NCBI GenBank assembly: GCA_964016885.1
Contig: OZ024754.1
Span: 3,720,001 to 3,784,000 of the forward strand
Length of the DNA stretch: 64,000 bases
Direction of reading: 5' to 3'
From: Eledone cirrhosa
Lineage: Eukaryota
In this document: piece by piece, positions 30,474 to 45,025 of the stretch
Numbering within the stretch: position 1 is the first letter of the stretch
Layout: every line of letters begins with the position of its first letter
Made by a program: the position numbers and the translations under genes
The notes under the pieces: generated by a model
The model's database searches: none
Seen by the model: only the letters and a program-made list of their open reading frames with translations
Told to the model about the DNA's origin: nothing

Positions 30474-30871
30474 GACCGATAATTTTCTTTTTAAGCCGGT
30501 ACAATATGGTAGACAAATACGAAAAGCAAATGATGACAATTGAAGCAAAACAGAACAAAGTAATGCTTTACCCAATATATTTTACCATGATATTTCAGGG
30601 TTATACCCTCTTTTCAGATGCGAAGATGAAATAGTCTGAGGTAAAACAAACTAGTGATCAAAGTTTTCAGAATTTTCTTCCCTAACTGGCCTATGTGCTG
30701 GCTAGATGTGGACTGTTTCCGCTTCGCAACTGAAAAGAGGGTTACTGCCCTTAAATATCATGCTAAATTAAATAATTGTTTCTACTTTAGGCACAAGGCC
30801 AGCAATTACCCAAATCCCTCAAAGAACCACAAATGTTTATGGAATCTGCAATGGACTCAGGTGGGTTGTCA

Positions 30872-31038
30872 CCTTCTTCTTCTTCTACTTTTTCTTCTTT
30901 TCTTCGCCTCTTCCTTCTTTTTCTTCTTCTCTTCCTTCTTCTTCTTCTTCTTCTTCTTCTTCTTCTTCTTCTTCTTCTTCTTCTTCTTTTTCTTCTTCTT
31001 TTTCTTATTCTCATCCTTATTTTTCTTCTTCTCATCCT

Positions 31039-31070
<32 letters not shown>

Positions 31071-31226
31071 TTCTTCTTCTTCTTCTTCTTCTTCTTCTCC
31101 TCCTCCTCTTGCTTCTTCTTCTTCTTCTTCTTCTTCTTCTTCTTCTTCTTCTTCTTCTTCTTCTTCTTCTTCTTCTTCTTCTTCTTCTTCTTCTTCTTCT
31201 TCTTCTTCTTCTTCTTCTTCTTCTTC
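30872..31226. repeat. (TTC)n polypyrimidine microsatellite
   Basis: Direct reading; explains the poly-F, L, K and R ORFs. Confidence 0.95.
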
Positions 31227-31500
31227 ATCGTCCTAATCATCACCTTCCCTCATCACTCCACACCCCCCATAGTCTAATATCCCGCCACAATATTACCCCC
31301 ACCTCTCTATATATCTCCAATACACTGGCATTTATTTCCAATTTATTTTATGCATATTTTTATTTTTATATTTATTTAACAATCTCCTTCTTCATGTATC
31401 CATTCCTCTCTACAAAGATGCCGCAATACAATGTGTTCAATGCATACATACACAGACACACAGAGACACACAGAGACACACAGAGACACACAGACACACA

Positions 31501-31568
<68 letters not shown>

Positions 31569-31689
31569 TACACATACAGACACATACATAAGCATACACA
31601 CATACATAGACAGACACACACAGCCATATCCACCTACATGCCCGCCCGCATATTCGCAGACACATACATAAATACTTACAAGAATATAT

Positions 31690-32610
<921 letters not shown>

Positions 32611-33122
32611 TGCAAACATACAAACATAAGCAAACATGTATGCGTGTTTCTGCAAATCTTTGTCTCAATTCTTGTTTGAATTAAGACGAAGAAGAGAACA
32701 AAAAAAAAAAAAAACACCAAATACAACAACAACAACAACAACAACATTCCCAGCATCAGCAGCAGCTGTAACTACTACAACAACAACTACAACAACAACA
32801 TATTTCACCAAATGTAATATTCACATATACGAGAGAGTAACAGTCAGCCAGTCACTCTTGTTTCCTATCTCTCATTCCGGCACCCTGGCTCGATACTTCT
32901 CCACTCTTCCATTGGGCAATATTTCGGTGAATGTCATCTTTACGCGTGCGCAGGAACACTATGGGGTACGGCTGCTCTCGCGATCCGGATCGAAACGAGA
33001 CCTCATAAACACACGTATACACATCATACAGTCAGACATGCGTGTATGTATTTATCTACAGATGTATGCATGCATGTTTGAATATATATATGTGTATGTA
33101 TGTATCTCTCTCTATATATATG

Positions 33123-33203
<81 letters not shown>

Positions 33204-33226
33204 GTATATATATATATATATACATA

Positions 33227-33282
<56 letters not shown>

Positions 33283-33460
33283 GTATATATATATATATAT
33301 ATGTGTATATATATGTATATATATGTATGCATGTATATGTATATACATTTGTGTGTATGTGTCCGTACAATATACATACGCACACACAAACACCCATTCA
33401 TGTATATAAATATATGTAAACATACAAGTTTACAAATATGTATAAATACACAAACGCACG

Positions 33461-33492
<32 letters not shown>

Positions 33493-33525
33493 CATATATA
33501 TATACATATATATACATATATATAC

Positions 33526-33696
<171 letters not shown>

Positions 33697-34480
33697 GTGT
33701 GTGTGTATGTGTTTGTACATGCCTGTGTGTGTGTGTTTGTGTGAAGTTACATGCGAAGGTAAATTGAAAGAGAAAGTTGAGTGAAACTACAAGGAAGAGG
33801 AAAGCAAGCAAAAGAGAATATGAGGCAAAACAAAAAAGAAACAAAACATACCAACAAAACTAACAAACTAAAGCAAAAAAAATATATATATTTAAAATAA
33901 AATACAAATAAAAACACCAAACACCATGCTAAAATTAACAAAACATAAAAGAACAAAAAACATAAAACTCTAATAAGAAAACAAATACAACGGATAAAAA
34001 TGAAAGAATAAAAGAAAAACTGAAAAAAAAATCGAATATAAAAAAAAAAAAAACTAGTATATAAGAAAAGATGAGGAGGAAAAATTGTAAGATGAAATAG
34101 AATAAAATAAAGAAGGTAGAAACAACAAGATATGGTTGAAGGCGAACTAAGAAGAAGAAGAAAAAGAAGAAGAAGAAGAAAAGAAAGAAGAAGAAGAAGA
34201 AGAAGAAAAAAAAGAAGGAGGTGTGAAAAATAAAAAGGAAGTGATGACACAAGTTAGACTGGGAGGTTAAAATGGATGAATATGAGAGAGACAGAGAGGG
34301 GAGGGGGGATAGAGAATAGAGAAATGGTGAGTGGGTGGGATAGTGAGGCAGGGAGAGAGACAGTGGTGAGTGAGGATGAGTGAGGATATGAGAAAGCATG
34401 GAAGGGTGAGTGTGAGAGACTGTTAATGATGATGGTGAGAAAACGTGTACAAAATAGCGTAAGAAAGAACAAAGACCATG

Positions 34481-34660
<180 letters not shown>

Positions 34661-34704
34661 TATATATATAGATATATATATATGCAAATCTCTCTCTATA
34701 TATA

Positions 34705-34738
<34 letters not shown>

Positions 34739-34824
34739 GATGTATATGTATGTATATATATATGCATATATATATATTTGTGTGTGTGTGTAAGTGTTTG
34801 TGTGTTTGTATATATATATATACG

Positions 34825-34868
<44 letters not shown>

Positions 34869-35386
34869 GTATACAATATATTTATATATATAGATATAAC
34901 GTATGTATATATATATGCATATATATATATATATATATTTGGGTGTGTGTGTAAGTGTTTGTTTGTATATATATATATATAAAGAAAGAGAGAAAGAGAT
35001 TCATATCTCTATGCATATGTGTATGTCCTGTATATGTTTGAGTGTGTATGTTTGTGCGTGTTTTTGTGAATGCGCTGTGTGTTGTGTGTGAGTGTGTGAC
35101 TGTGTTGTGTGTGAGTGTGTGTATGTGCTCGATGTGTGTGCGTGTGTGTGTGTGTGTGTTAACTGTTGTGAGTGGAAGCGGAGATAAAAGAGCAATGTAG
35201 GTTATAAAATACTAGGAAAATAATCAGAAATGGAGAAAAAGACAATGATAAGAGATAAAATATCCATTGATGGGTGTGGTGAAGTTTAGAGGAGGTTGGG
35301 GGCTATATATTTACGTGTGTGTGAGAGTGTGTCCAGATATACATACATATATATATCTAGCTCTCACTTTCTCCTTCTCTCTCACG

Positions 35387-35452
<66 letters not shown>

Positions 35453-35610
35453 TGTTGTATGAGTTTTGTAGAAGTACCCAACTCATCCATAGGACGAGAT
35501 AAGTATAATTAGTTGCAACAGTGATAGTCACGTTTATTTAAATTTTCGTTAGATTATACACTCCAACTAATTCAGTCTGCTATATACTAAAAGAAAATGG
35601 TTACCTTCAA

Positions 35611-35660
35611 ACAGGCTGAATGAATCGTGTTGTATAACCCGACGAAACTTAAGTACCTGT
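35611..35660 (+). ncRNA. hammerhead-like motif with 8-nt core (family D)
   Basis: acagg-CTGAATGA-atcgtgtt gtat aacccgac-GAAA-cttaag-TA-cctgt; decayed inverted copy at about 35530-35580 with core CTGAATTA. Confidence 0.6.
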
Positions 35661-35680
35661 ACATGTCACTACTCTAACTC

Positions 35681-35726
<46 letters not shown>

Positions 35727-35829
35727 AATGAATGAAGTAATTCCGTCGGAAAAGTCCAGGAAAAAAGAGTGCTCTATGTAAGCAACAGAGCTTAATTATT
35801 ATTATGTAATAAACAACATAAGGCAATTA

Positions 35830-35889
35830 TTCCATTTACCAGTGGTTTCTTAAAAGCAAAAGGTTTTGCTTTCAATCCTCAGAATGAAA
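35830..35889 (-). ncRNA. type I hammerhead ribozyme motif
   Basis: Reverse complement of 35998-36057. Confidence 0.8.
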
Positions 35890-35997
35890 AAATCCTGGTT
35901 TGTTTATTGAATTTGGATCTTAAAAAAAATTTTTTTTTCTTAAAAAAAACTTTTTTTCTTTTTTTAAGATCCAAATTCAATAAACAAACCAGGATTT

Positions 35998-36057
35998 TTT
36001 CATTCTGAGGATTGAAAGCAAAACCTTTTGCTTTTAAGAAACCACTGGTAAATGGAA
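35998..36057 (+). ncRNA. type I hammerhead ribozyme motif
   Basis: tttcatt-CTGAGGA-ttgaaagcaaaa cc ttttgcttttaa-GAAA-cc act gg-TA-aatggaa. Confidence 0.85.
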
Positions 36058-36083
36058 TAATTGCCTTATGTTGTTTATTACAT

Positions 36084-36121
<38 letters not shown>

Positions 36122-36125
<4 letters not shown>

Positions 36126-36330
36126 ATAACAATAAATATGAAGACTAAAATCCGAAGAGGGCTCGATAAGGATAATATATATATATCAAAATGCATAAAA
36201 CCATAGACCAAATATTTATTAAAATAACAGATTAAAATTTAAGCAAAGAATCTCTGCGTTCACCCTTAACGGGATCTTCAGAAGATCCCATTACGGGTGA
36301 AAGCAGTTGAACTTTAATCTGTTATATCAG
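36122..36330. mobile_element. PLE-like remnant, family E, fold-back centred at 36280
   Basis: Homologous to 53280-53445 and 62688-62937; palindrome gggatcttc-a-gaagatccc. Confidence 0.7.
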
Positions 36331-36449
36331 TATATATATATATACAAAAAATAAGCGATGAAATACCAATGAAGGTTGGAAAATCACTGACGAAGGACTA
36401 TTTTTATCATATGTAACCCATGTGCAACCACGCAGTATTCTTTCTTCTC

Positions 36450-36490
<41 letters not shown>

Positions 36491-36899
36491 TTGAGAGATA
36501 GAGAGAAGGAGAGAGAGAGAGATGGTTGGAGGCAGCCGTATGAAAGACAAATAGAATAGAAAGGGTGGTGTGATTGCAATGTTTCGGGCCACGAAATACC
36601 ACCCGTCTTATCTGAATGGCTGTATGTATACTTATACCTCAGTGTCCCACTCTGAGTTGAAGTGAAAGGGCCGAAACAGAATTCCGCGATATATTCTATA
36701 GATATTCTATCAGGCCAAATGGGTCCGATGCTACTGTACCTCGCTGCTTTCTTTTTATCTAAGATAAACAGTACAGATAAAGAGGTCTCAATATACGAAT
36801 AAATATACGGAAATAGGCCTAATTTCAATATACAGCCGTGTGATATATAGAATAAGCTGAAATAATTATACAAATTGGGAAAATTGTGGGATAGCCACG

Positions 36900-37460
36900 G
36901 TCAACTTTTCCTTTCTTTCATCATCACCTTTCATCATTTCCGCAACTGGTGCAGCCAGTCGTTGGGCGCTTTTGCAGTCCGTAGTCACCACTGGTCGCTA
37001 TTCTTCGCCCTGGCTAGAAGGATCTCGATGTTATGACTAGTGCAGGCTTTGATGTTGGACCAGGATTTTCTTTGCCTCTTCTTCGCCCTCACTCCTCTGC
37101 GACCTGATGGATTGTTTTGGACAAGGTTTGTGGTGGTATATATGACCATACCAGACAAGCTTTCGTCTTTTCACTATTGCAAGGAATGGTTCCTGTCTGT
37201 CAGCCTATTTGTTTACTTGCTACCTTTTGCGCTCCGTGTTCTTGTGGTCGAATGTCTGGATTTTTGGTTCTATGTAAGCTTTGTGAGTCCAACTCTCAGT
37301 CATATACAAAAGGATTGAAGTTACCGAGGACTTGTTTAATTTGAGCTTCATCGGAAAGTTGATGGAGTTGCTTTTCCATCTGACATTCAGCTTTCCCATG
37401 GCTGAAGTGGCTAGGCAGAGTCATGTCCATATCTCCATTTGGGATCTACCATCTTAGAGA
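36900..37460 (-). mobile_element. decayed RTE-clade LINE 3' region (second family)
   Basis: Minus strand QEPFLAIVKRRKLVWYGHI matches the RTE R..L.W.GH motif; frameshifted. Confidence 0.7.
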
Positions 37461-38119
37461 TAGAGGGGGACTGGTGAGAATGCCTTGGGCTGACATATCA
37501 GCAAGGAATGAACAGAATATGTCGATGCTCAGAGATGTCTCCAGCCATGAACATCCCACATCTTTGTATATTTGAGTCTTTACTGACAAAAGAGTACATC
37601 CATTTAAGAAAGACGATTGTGCTTAGAGTATATTTCTAACCCGTCGAGGTAAAGTTAGAAAGCATTACTGACGAGAAGATAGTGCCAATGATATTATATA
37701 TATATATACATATGTGTGTGTGTGTGTGTGTGTGTCTGTGTGTCTGTGTGTGTGTGTATCTATGTATGTACAAGGGTGTGTTTAAGTGTGTGTGTCTGTG
37801 TCAAGTGAAGTGGGGAGGGAATGAAGGAAAAGAAAGCTGTTGTAAAGTAGGTGAGATATGGGAAGAGAATTAAAAAAAATAAAATGGAAAGTTGTTACGA
37901 AGGAAAGCCAGATTGGAAAAAGGGAGAGAGGGGAAGTGAGAGGACAGTTAAAATAAGGAGTGAGGGGTAGGGGCAAATTTGATAGGGTTGGATGGAAGCT
38001 GGAGAGTTATAAAAAACATTATCTGAGACATACAGACAGCTTGCATATAAGGAAAAAAAACTGGTGTAAATAGGGAAGGTAAAGTAATATATATGACAGT
38101 AAGAACGGTAGAATGAGAA

Positions 38120-38172
<53 letters not shown>

Positions 38173-38920
38173 GGGGGGAGGGAGAGATGAGAATGGGAGA
38201 TGAGAGAGAGAGATTGGATGGGTAGGAGTGTGAGAAGGGGCAGAGAATATAAGGGTAGACCTTTTGTGGGTGAAGAATTTGGATATTTCATCTGATTGCA
38301 AAAGTAGAGTGTGATTGAAAGAGATGAGGATGGTATGATCCAATGGGGGGAGAGGGGTTAAAAATAACCAGAGAGAGAGTGAGAGTGAGGGAGAGAGAGA
38401 TAAATAGAGAGAGATATATATATATAGATAGAGAGAGAGAGGTAGATAGATGAGAGAGAGAGAGAGAGAGGGAGAGATGGAGAATGAGAGAGAGAGAAAG
38501 TGGAGATGGAAAAGAGAGATAGAACATGTAACTACTACTCCGAGAGAGAGGGTAAAGGAGAGAGATAATTAGAGAAAGAACGAAAGAAAGAAAGAAATAG
38601 AGAGATAGGGGGGAGTTTGGGGCAAAAATTAAAAAAGAACTGGTGAAGTAGGGGTCAGACAGAGTAGATATGAAAGGGATGTGTATTTTAGCTTAGTGGA
38701 CGTTTTAAAAAAGATTTAAAGATATACTGTGTGAGTGTATGCATATATAGTTACTTGTCTGTGTATATTTGTAAATATGCGTCTGTGTGATATATACAAA
38801 CGTATACAGGCAATTAGGAAACACAAACGCACACATACACACACACTGACACACACACCCACACACACATATATATATATATGCATACAAATACATAAAT
38901 ACATATATATATAATATACA

Positions 38921-39104
38921 ATTGTTTCTACTTTTGGACAAGGCCAGCAATTATATCAGTGTATTACTGGTACTTTATTTTATCGACCCTCTAAGGATGA
39001 AAGGCAACGTTAACCTCGGCGGGATTTGAACACAGAATCGCAAGGGCCGTAACTCTATGCGTCAAAGCATGATGTCCGACCCTCTACCGATACTGCCAAT
39101 TCAC
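38921..39104 (-). mobile_element. Deu/Nin-like SINE, full length
   Basis: Reverse complement of the 9487-9670 type. Confidence 0.85.
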
Positions 39105-40657
39105 CAATATATATATAATATATAATGTATATATATATACAGATATTCATATACATATATGGGATTGTATTTATATATATATATATACATATATATATAT
39201 CGAAATAGAGAGAGAGAGAGAGAGAAGCATATGAAAGTATGATTGCTGAGAAATGCGATGCTCTTTCAGATTATTGTACATTTTAAAAAGATTAAAGTAA
39301 TAGAGAAACGGTGTATTCCAGAGTTTATACGTGTACGAACGTACGTCTTTGCGTGTCTGCGCATGTGCATTTTTGTGCATACAAATGAGTGTGCATGATT
39401 GTAAGTTTATGTGTGTGAGCGAGTATATGTTTATGCACTTATATTCAGTTCCATATGTACGTGTGTACGTCTGTAAAGTAGATAGAGAGAAGGAATGAGA
39501 AATAGAGAACCATAAAGTGAACGAGTGATATATAGAGAGAGAGATATAGAGGGAGAGAGAGAGAGAGGGGGCGATAAAATGAATGCATGAGGAAGAGTGA
39601 AACATAGATATATTGGCGAGAGTGAATTAATAGTTTTTTAAAACAGTTAATGTTTACAATTGTTTCAACCACATATACATACGCGTGCACGCACTCAGAC
39701 ACACACACATATATATATATATATATCAGCCTGTAGGTTGAAGAAAAAGAGGAAAAGAGGAAAGGGGTACTCAATCTTCGTACTCCTGGAGATGAGGGTT
39801 GCACATTTTTTCGGGGGTATGTGTTACCCATATGTAATGTCTCCCTCTATTGAGGAAAATCGATTAATTTTTAAATTGCATTTGTGATAGTATTTTACAC
39901 GTTTTTATTGTATCTAAACTTCCCCCTTTGTATTTGTCCCCTTCTTTTGTGCCCCTGTGGCTAATAAAGAAACATAACTATCTATCTATATATATATATA
40001 TTTATAAGTTAGACTTACTTAGATGTGATAGATAGATTTTTTATAGCGAAATCTGTCGAAGGACTCTCCTATGTTTTCTATTTGCTGGACAATATGTATG
40101 ACGGACACCTCTAAAAGGTTTGCATTCAAGTATTCTCTTCTTCTGCTCAGTCCTCGCCGACGCTTCTAGAATTACTTTAAGAGAATGGTGAGGAAGAGTG
40201 GGAGGTGATGGCTTCTAGTGTGTGGTTATGAAAAATGGGTGAGAGCAACGCGATTGTCGAGGCTATGTGGTCCTACTGTGATTATTCTTTTCTACAAAGG
40301 AGGAAAGAAACCGGGAGAAAGCATTTTCTACGCCCGCCAGGCGACATACTAATCTGAGGTTTTGTGCGGGAATTTTCTGTTAAATGCCCTAAAGCGAAGT
40401 CCTCTCCTATTGGGGAACTCTTCCTAGTCGACATGTTATTGTTTTATATTGTGTTCATGACTATTTTGTACAATTAGTCTCATTGTTATACCTACTATAT
40501 TTCCTCGCTTGATATCCTCCTTTACTTTATTCGATTTAAATCCCATAGTGCATTTCATCTCTTTCTGGTTTTCTCCGCAATTACTCGGGGTCATATGGGT
40601 AATAAATCAAATTATCATCATCATCATCATCGTCGTCGTCGTCGCCATCATCATTTT

Positions 40658-41046
40658 GTGGATTGGCAATATCGGTAGAGCATCAGACACTGTGCCTTGC
40701 ATCATAGGAGTTATTGCCTTTTACGTTCTGAGTTCAAATCTCGCCAGATTAACTTTGCCTTTCATCAATAAAAATAAGGCACCAGTAATGCAGTGGGGTT
40801 GATTTAATCGACTATCCCCTCCTCTCAAATTACTGGCCTTGTGCCTATACTAGAAATCATTATTATTTGGATTGGCAGTATCAGTAGAGGGTCGGACGCC
40901 ATACTTTCCAGCATAGTTACGTCCCTTTACGATCTGAGTTCAAATCCCGCTGAGGTTGACTTTGCCTTTCATCCTTACGGGGTCGATAAAATAAAGTACC
41001 AGTAATGTACTGATGAATTGCTGGCCTTGTGCCTAAAGTAGAGACA

Positions 41047-41112
<66 letters not shown>

Positions 41113-41306
41113 AGAGCAGTGAATTGGCAGTATCGGTAGAGGGTCGGACGCCTTGCTTTGACGCATAGAGTTACGGCCCTTGCCATTCTGATTTCAAATC
41201 CCGCCGAGGTTAACTATGCCTTTCATCTTTACGGGGTCGATAAAATAAAGTACCAGTAATGTACTGGGTAATGTGCTGGCTTTGTGCCAATAGTAGAAAC
41301 AATTAT
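40658..41306 (+). mobile_element. tandem trimer of Deu/Nin-like SINEs
   Basis: Copies at 40658-40866, 40868-41050 and 41119-41306, joined by (att)n. Confidence 0.85.
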
Positions 41307-41389
41307 TAATATTATTATTTTTATTATTGTTATTACTCTTTGAGTCTCAGTCATTGATGTTAGTTAACTGGAAAGTTTGTTGAGATGAA

Positions 41390-41450
<61 letters not shown>

Positions 41451-41639
41451 TCTGTTGTCGGTTCTTTCCGTACGTTACACAGCTTTGTTCTGTTTCCAGA
41501 CATTTATTCAACCCATCTTATTAAAATGTCTAACTGTCTTGTAGATACTCTAATCAGTGTCTTCTTGAGCTGGTTAGTTTATCTCTACCTACAACACTTG
41601 GAGGCTAAATCTATGTTTCTTTATCAATACACACACACA

Positions 41640-41690
<51 letters not shown>

Positions 41691-41793
41691 GCACAAACAC
41701 ACGCTCTCTATTACTCTCTCACACACTCACATATATATTTATATATATATTCATATCTATCTATATACATCTATCTACCTCACGATCTCTCTT

Positions 41794-41942
<149 letters not shown>

Positions 41943-42049
41943 CATCTATCTATATACATCTATCTACGTCACAATCTCTCTTTCTCTCTCTCTCTCACAC
42001 ACTCACACACACACACACGCATATATATATATATGTATGTATATTTATG

Positions 42050-42105
<56 letters not shown>

Positions 42106-42155
42106 TATATTCATTCAAAATATTTAAAAAAATAGAACTTCATTGTGATGAAGTA

Positions 42156-42222
42156 TATTTTATTATACATATTTCAGAGGTACTGAGCTAACTTCAACAG
42201 TACGTCCTCATCAGATAAAATA
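42156..42222 (-). ncRNA. minimal type I hammerhead ribozyme motif
   Basis: Reverse complement of 42227-42293. Confidence 0.8.
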
Positions 42223-42226
42223 ATAA

Positions 42227-42293
42227 TATTTTATCTGATGAGGACGTACTGTTGAAGTTAGCTCAGTACCTCTGAAATATGTATAATAAAATA
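42227..42293 (+). ncRNA. minimal type I hammerhead ribozyme motif
   Basis: tattttat-CTGATGA-ggacgtactg...cagtacctct-GAAA-tatgta-TA-ataaaata. Confidence 0.8.
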
Positions 42294-42517
42294 TACTTCA
42301 TCACAATGAAGTTCTATTTTTGTTAATATTTTGAATGAATATTAATAACTCCGGAAAACGATAACAGTTGAGTGCTTCCAATCTATTGTAAAACTAATTC
42401 TTTGATTTATTCATCGAAACTTGTTTAACCTTTAAATATATATAGGTATATATGTATATATATATGTATATACAATGATATTCAATAAATGGAAACTATA
42501 TTTATAAAACCCTATTA

Positions 42518-42576
42518 ATTCTATTATATATATTTCAAGGGTACCAAAACTTTGGTACGCTCTTATCAGATAAAAT
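42518..42576 (-). ncRNA. decayed hammerhead motif (family B, G8A)
   Basis: attttat-CTGATAA-gagcgtaccaaa gt tttggtaccctt-GAAA-tatata-TA-atagaat. Confidence 0.6.
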
Positions 42577-42749
42577 ACAAAGTTTGTTTTATAAATGTTG
42601 ACATAACCAAGAAAAGATACCTGAACGGTTCAAGTTTTTCTTGGATATATATATATATGTATAGGTATCTATCTATCTATATATATATATGTATAGGTAT
42701 CTATCTATATATATAGATAGGTATCTATCTATATATATATAGGTATCTA

Positions 42750-42794
<45 letters not shown>

Positions 42795-42807
42795 ATATAT
42801 ATCTATA

Positions 42808-42934
<127 letters not shown>

Positions 42935-43822
42935 ATATACACACATATATACTGAGAAAAAAGAGGGAGAGAGAACTATGTATACCTACCTTCCTTTACA
43001 TACATACATGCATACATACATACATACATACATACATACATACATACATACATACATACATACATACATACATACATACATACATACATACATACATACA
43101 TACATACATACATGCATGCATACAGACATACATATCTCCATGCATACATATATGCCCGAAGCTTTGCAATGGTATGGAAGAATGCCATTGTACGCATTCG
43201 AAGATAGAAAAATGGATCAAGATTATGAAAATGAACTACTAGCAATGTAGACCTTTTCTTCGTTCGGCAAAAGACATATGAAGCATAATTTTTTTACTCT
43301 ATTTCCTGGACCACCTACTTTACATAGACGATGGATATTTGTGGTGAAGGCTTCATTCGTTGCTACGAATGTTGCTGTCTTTGATATTAACTGGCAGTCA
43401 CACGATGTATATAGAGAGGAATGTATAAAATGGATTATTATAAAGCTATTTATTTCGAAAGAAGCAATTATTTTACATTTTTGGTAAAGGTGTGGATTTT
43501 CGCATAATTAGACGCTGATGATAGTCTCCAAATCCGTTTGATCTAAGAAGTGATAACTTATCAAATATATATATATATATATATGTATGTAGGTTTATAT
43601 ATTTATATATATACATATATATATATATATATAGGTGTATATATATATATATTTATATATCTGTGTGTATATTTATATATATTTAATATATATTTATTTA
43701 TATATGTATATATATATATATTTATATATGTATATATATATATAGAGAGAGAGAGATATATAGGTACGTATGCCTGAATATATAGATAGGTACCTATATA
43801 AGTATGTGTGTGTTTGTGTATA

Positions 43823-43854
<32 letters not shown>

Positions 43855-44344
43855 CCTATACCTATATATATATATATATATATATATTATACACAGTGTG
43901 TTTATTACTGCATACATTATTATATATATATCTATATATATATATAAATTTATATATATATAGAAATGTAAATATATATATATATATACATATACATATA
44001 CATATATATATATGCAAATATGTATGTGTATAAACAGATATTCAAATATACACACATACGAACTTATACCTACATACATATGTAATTACAGAATTACATT
44101 TATATATGAGTCCACTGTGCTATATCAATGCGATTACCAAAAGCTGATACTTATTTAGGTTATATGGTACATATACATAAATGCATTGAGGGTTTAACAC
44201 GTACAGACATATATAGATACAAGCGCGCGCACACACACACACACATGCATACACATGAAAATATCCAAACCTATAGTAAAACACTCGCGTATGCTACTTA
44301 TACAGGCCTGTGTTTCCAATTTCTTAACACATACATAAACACAT

Positions 44345-44503
<159 letters not shown>

Positions 44504-44557
44504 TGTGTGTATATATACAGAGTTGAAAATTGCAAACTTGACTGTCACCACAGAATA

Positions 44558-44596
44558 TGAACCTGAAGATTGCGAAAGTATGAAAGTACTTGTTCA
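44558..44596 (+). ncRNA. 39-nt minimal hammerhead ribozyme motif
   Basis: tgaac-CTGAAGA-ttgc gaaa gtat-GAAA-gtac-TT-gttca; palindromic stem III. Confidence 0.75.
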
Positions 44597-44907
44597 ATTA
44601 ACATTTAACATTTAATATTCTAACATAATATTTATTATAATTTTAAAGGATTGTGAATAAAACGAGTAAATCAAACAAAGTTGGAATTCCTTTTATTAAT
44701 ATAATATTCTATACACAATCATACACAACCGTGTATATTTATTTATATATTCATATATATATATATATATTAGAAAGTGAGTTATTTTTTACAAAAATGA
44801 AAAATGACCGAGGTGTCCTACACGAGTGAAAGTATAAGGAAAACAGATGAAATCGAAAATGCAACTGGAGTATTTTTTTTTTTTAAATATATATATTTAT
44901 TTGGTAC

Positions 44908-44943
44908 CTTTACCGGTTTCGCAGTTCTTCTGCTTTTCAAAAG
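44908..44943 (-). ncRNA. hammerhead motif with compensated U3-A8 core
   Basis: ctt-TTGAAAA-gcag aagaa ctgc-GAAA-ccgg-TA-aag. Confidence 0.65.
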
Positions 44944-45025
44944 TAGAGTTGAGATGGAGGGTCTGTGGTTCTTCTCACATCTGTGAGAATGTGAGAAAAA
45001 ACACAGACCCTCCATCTCAACTCTA

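Larger units (their letters stand above)
35797..36090. repeat. perfect 132-bp inverted repeat (35797-35928 / 35959-36090)
   Basis: Arms are exact reverse complements as read by eye; 30-bp A/T spacer; abuts (TA)n. Confidence 0.9.
42107..42435. mobile_element. PLE-like remnant, family A, near-perfect palindrome 42107-42222 / 42227-42342
   Basis: 116-bp arms, 4-nt spacer, right arm continues into the family tail; TA flanks. Confidence 0.8.

Noticed and set aside
30606-30646. Micro-exon with good acceptor and donor
   Set aside because: Stop codons in all three frames
35797-36090. Inverted repeats as MITE terminal repeats or assembly fold-back artefacts
   Set aside because: Arms are asymmetric truncations of the same one-directional families, are centred on hammerhead motifs, and mostly carry mismatches; an artefact is not excluded for the perfect ones
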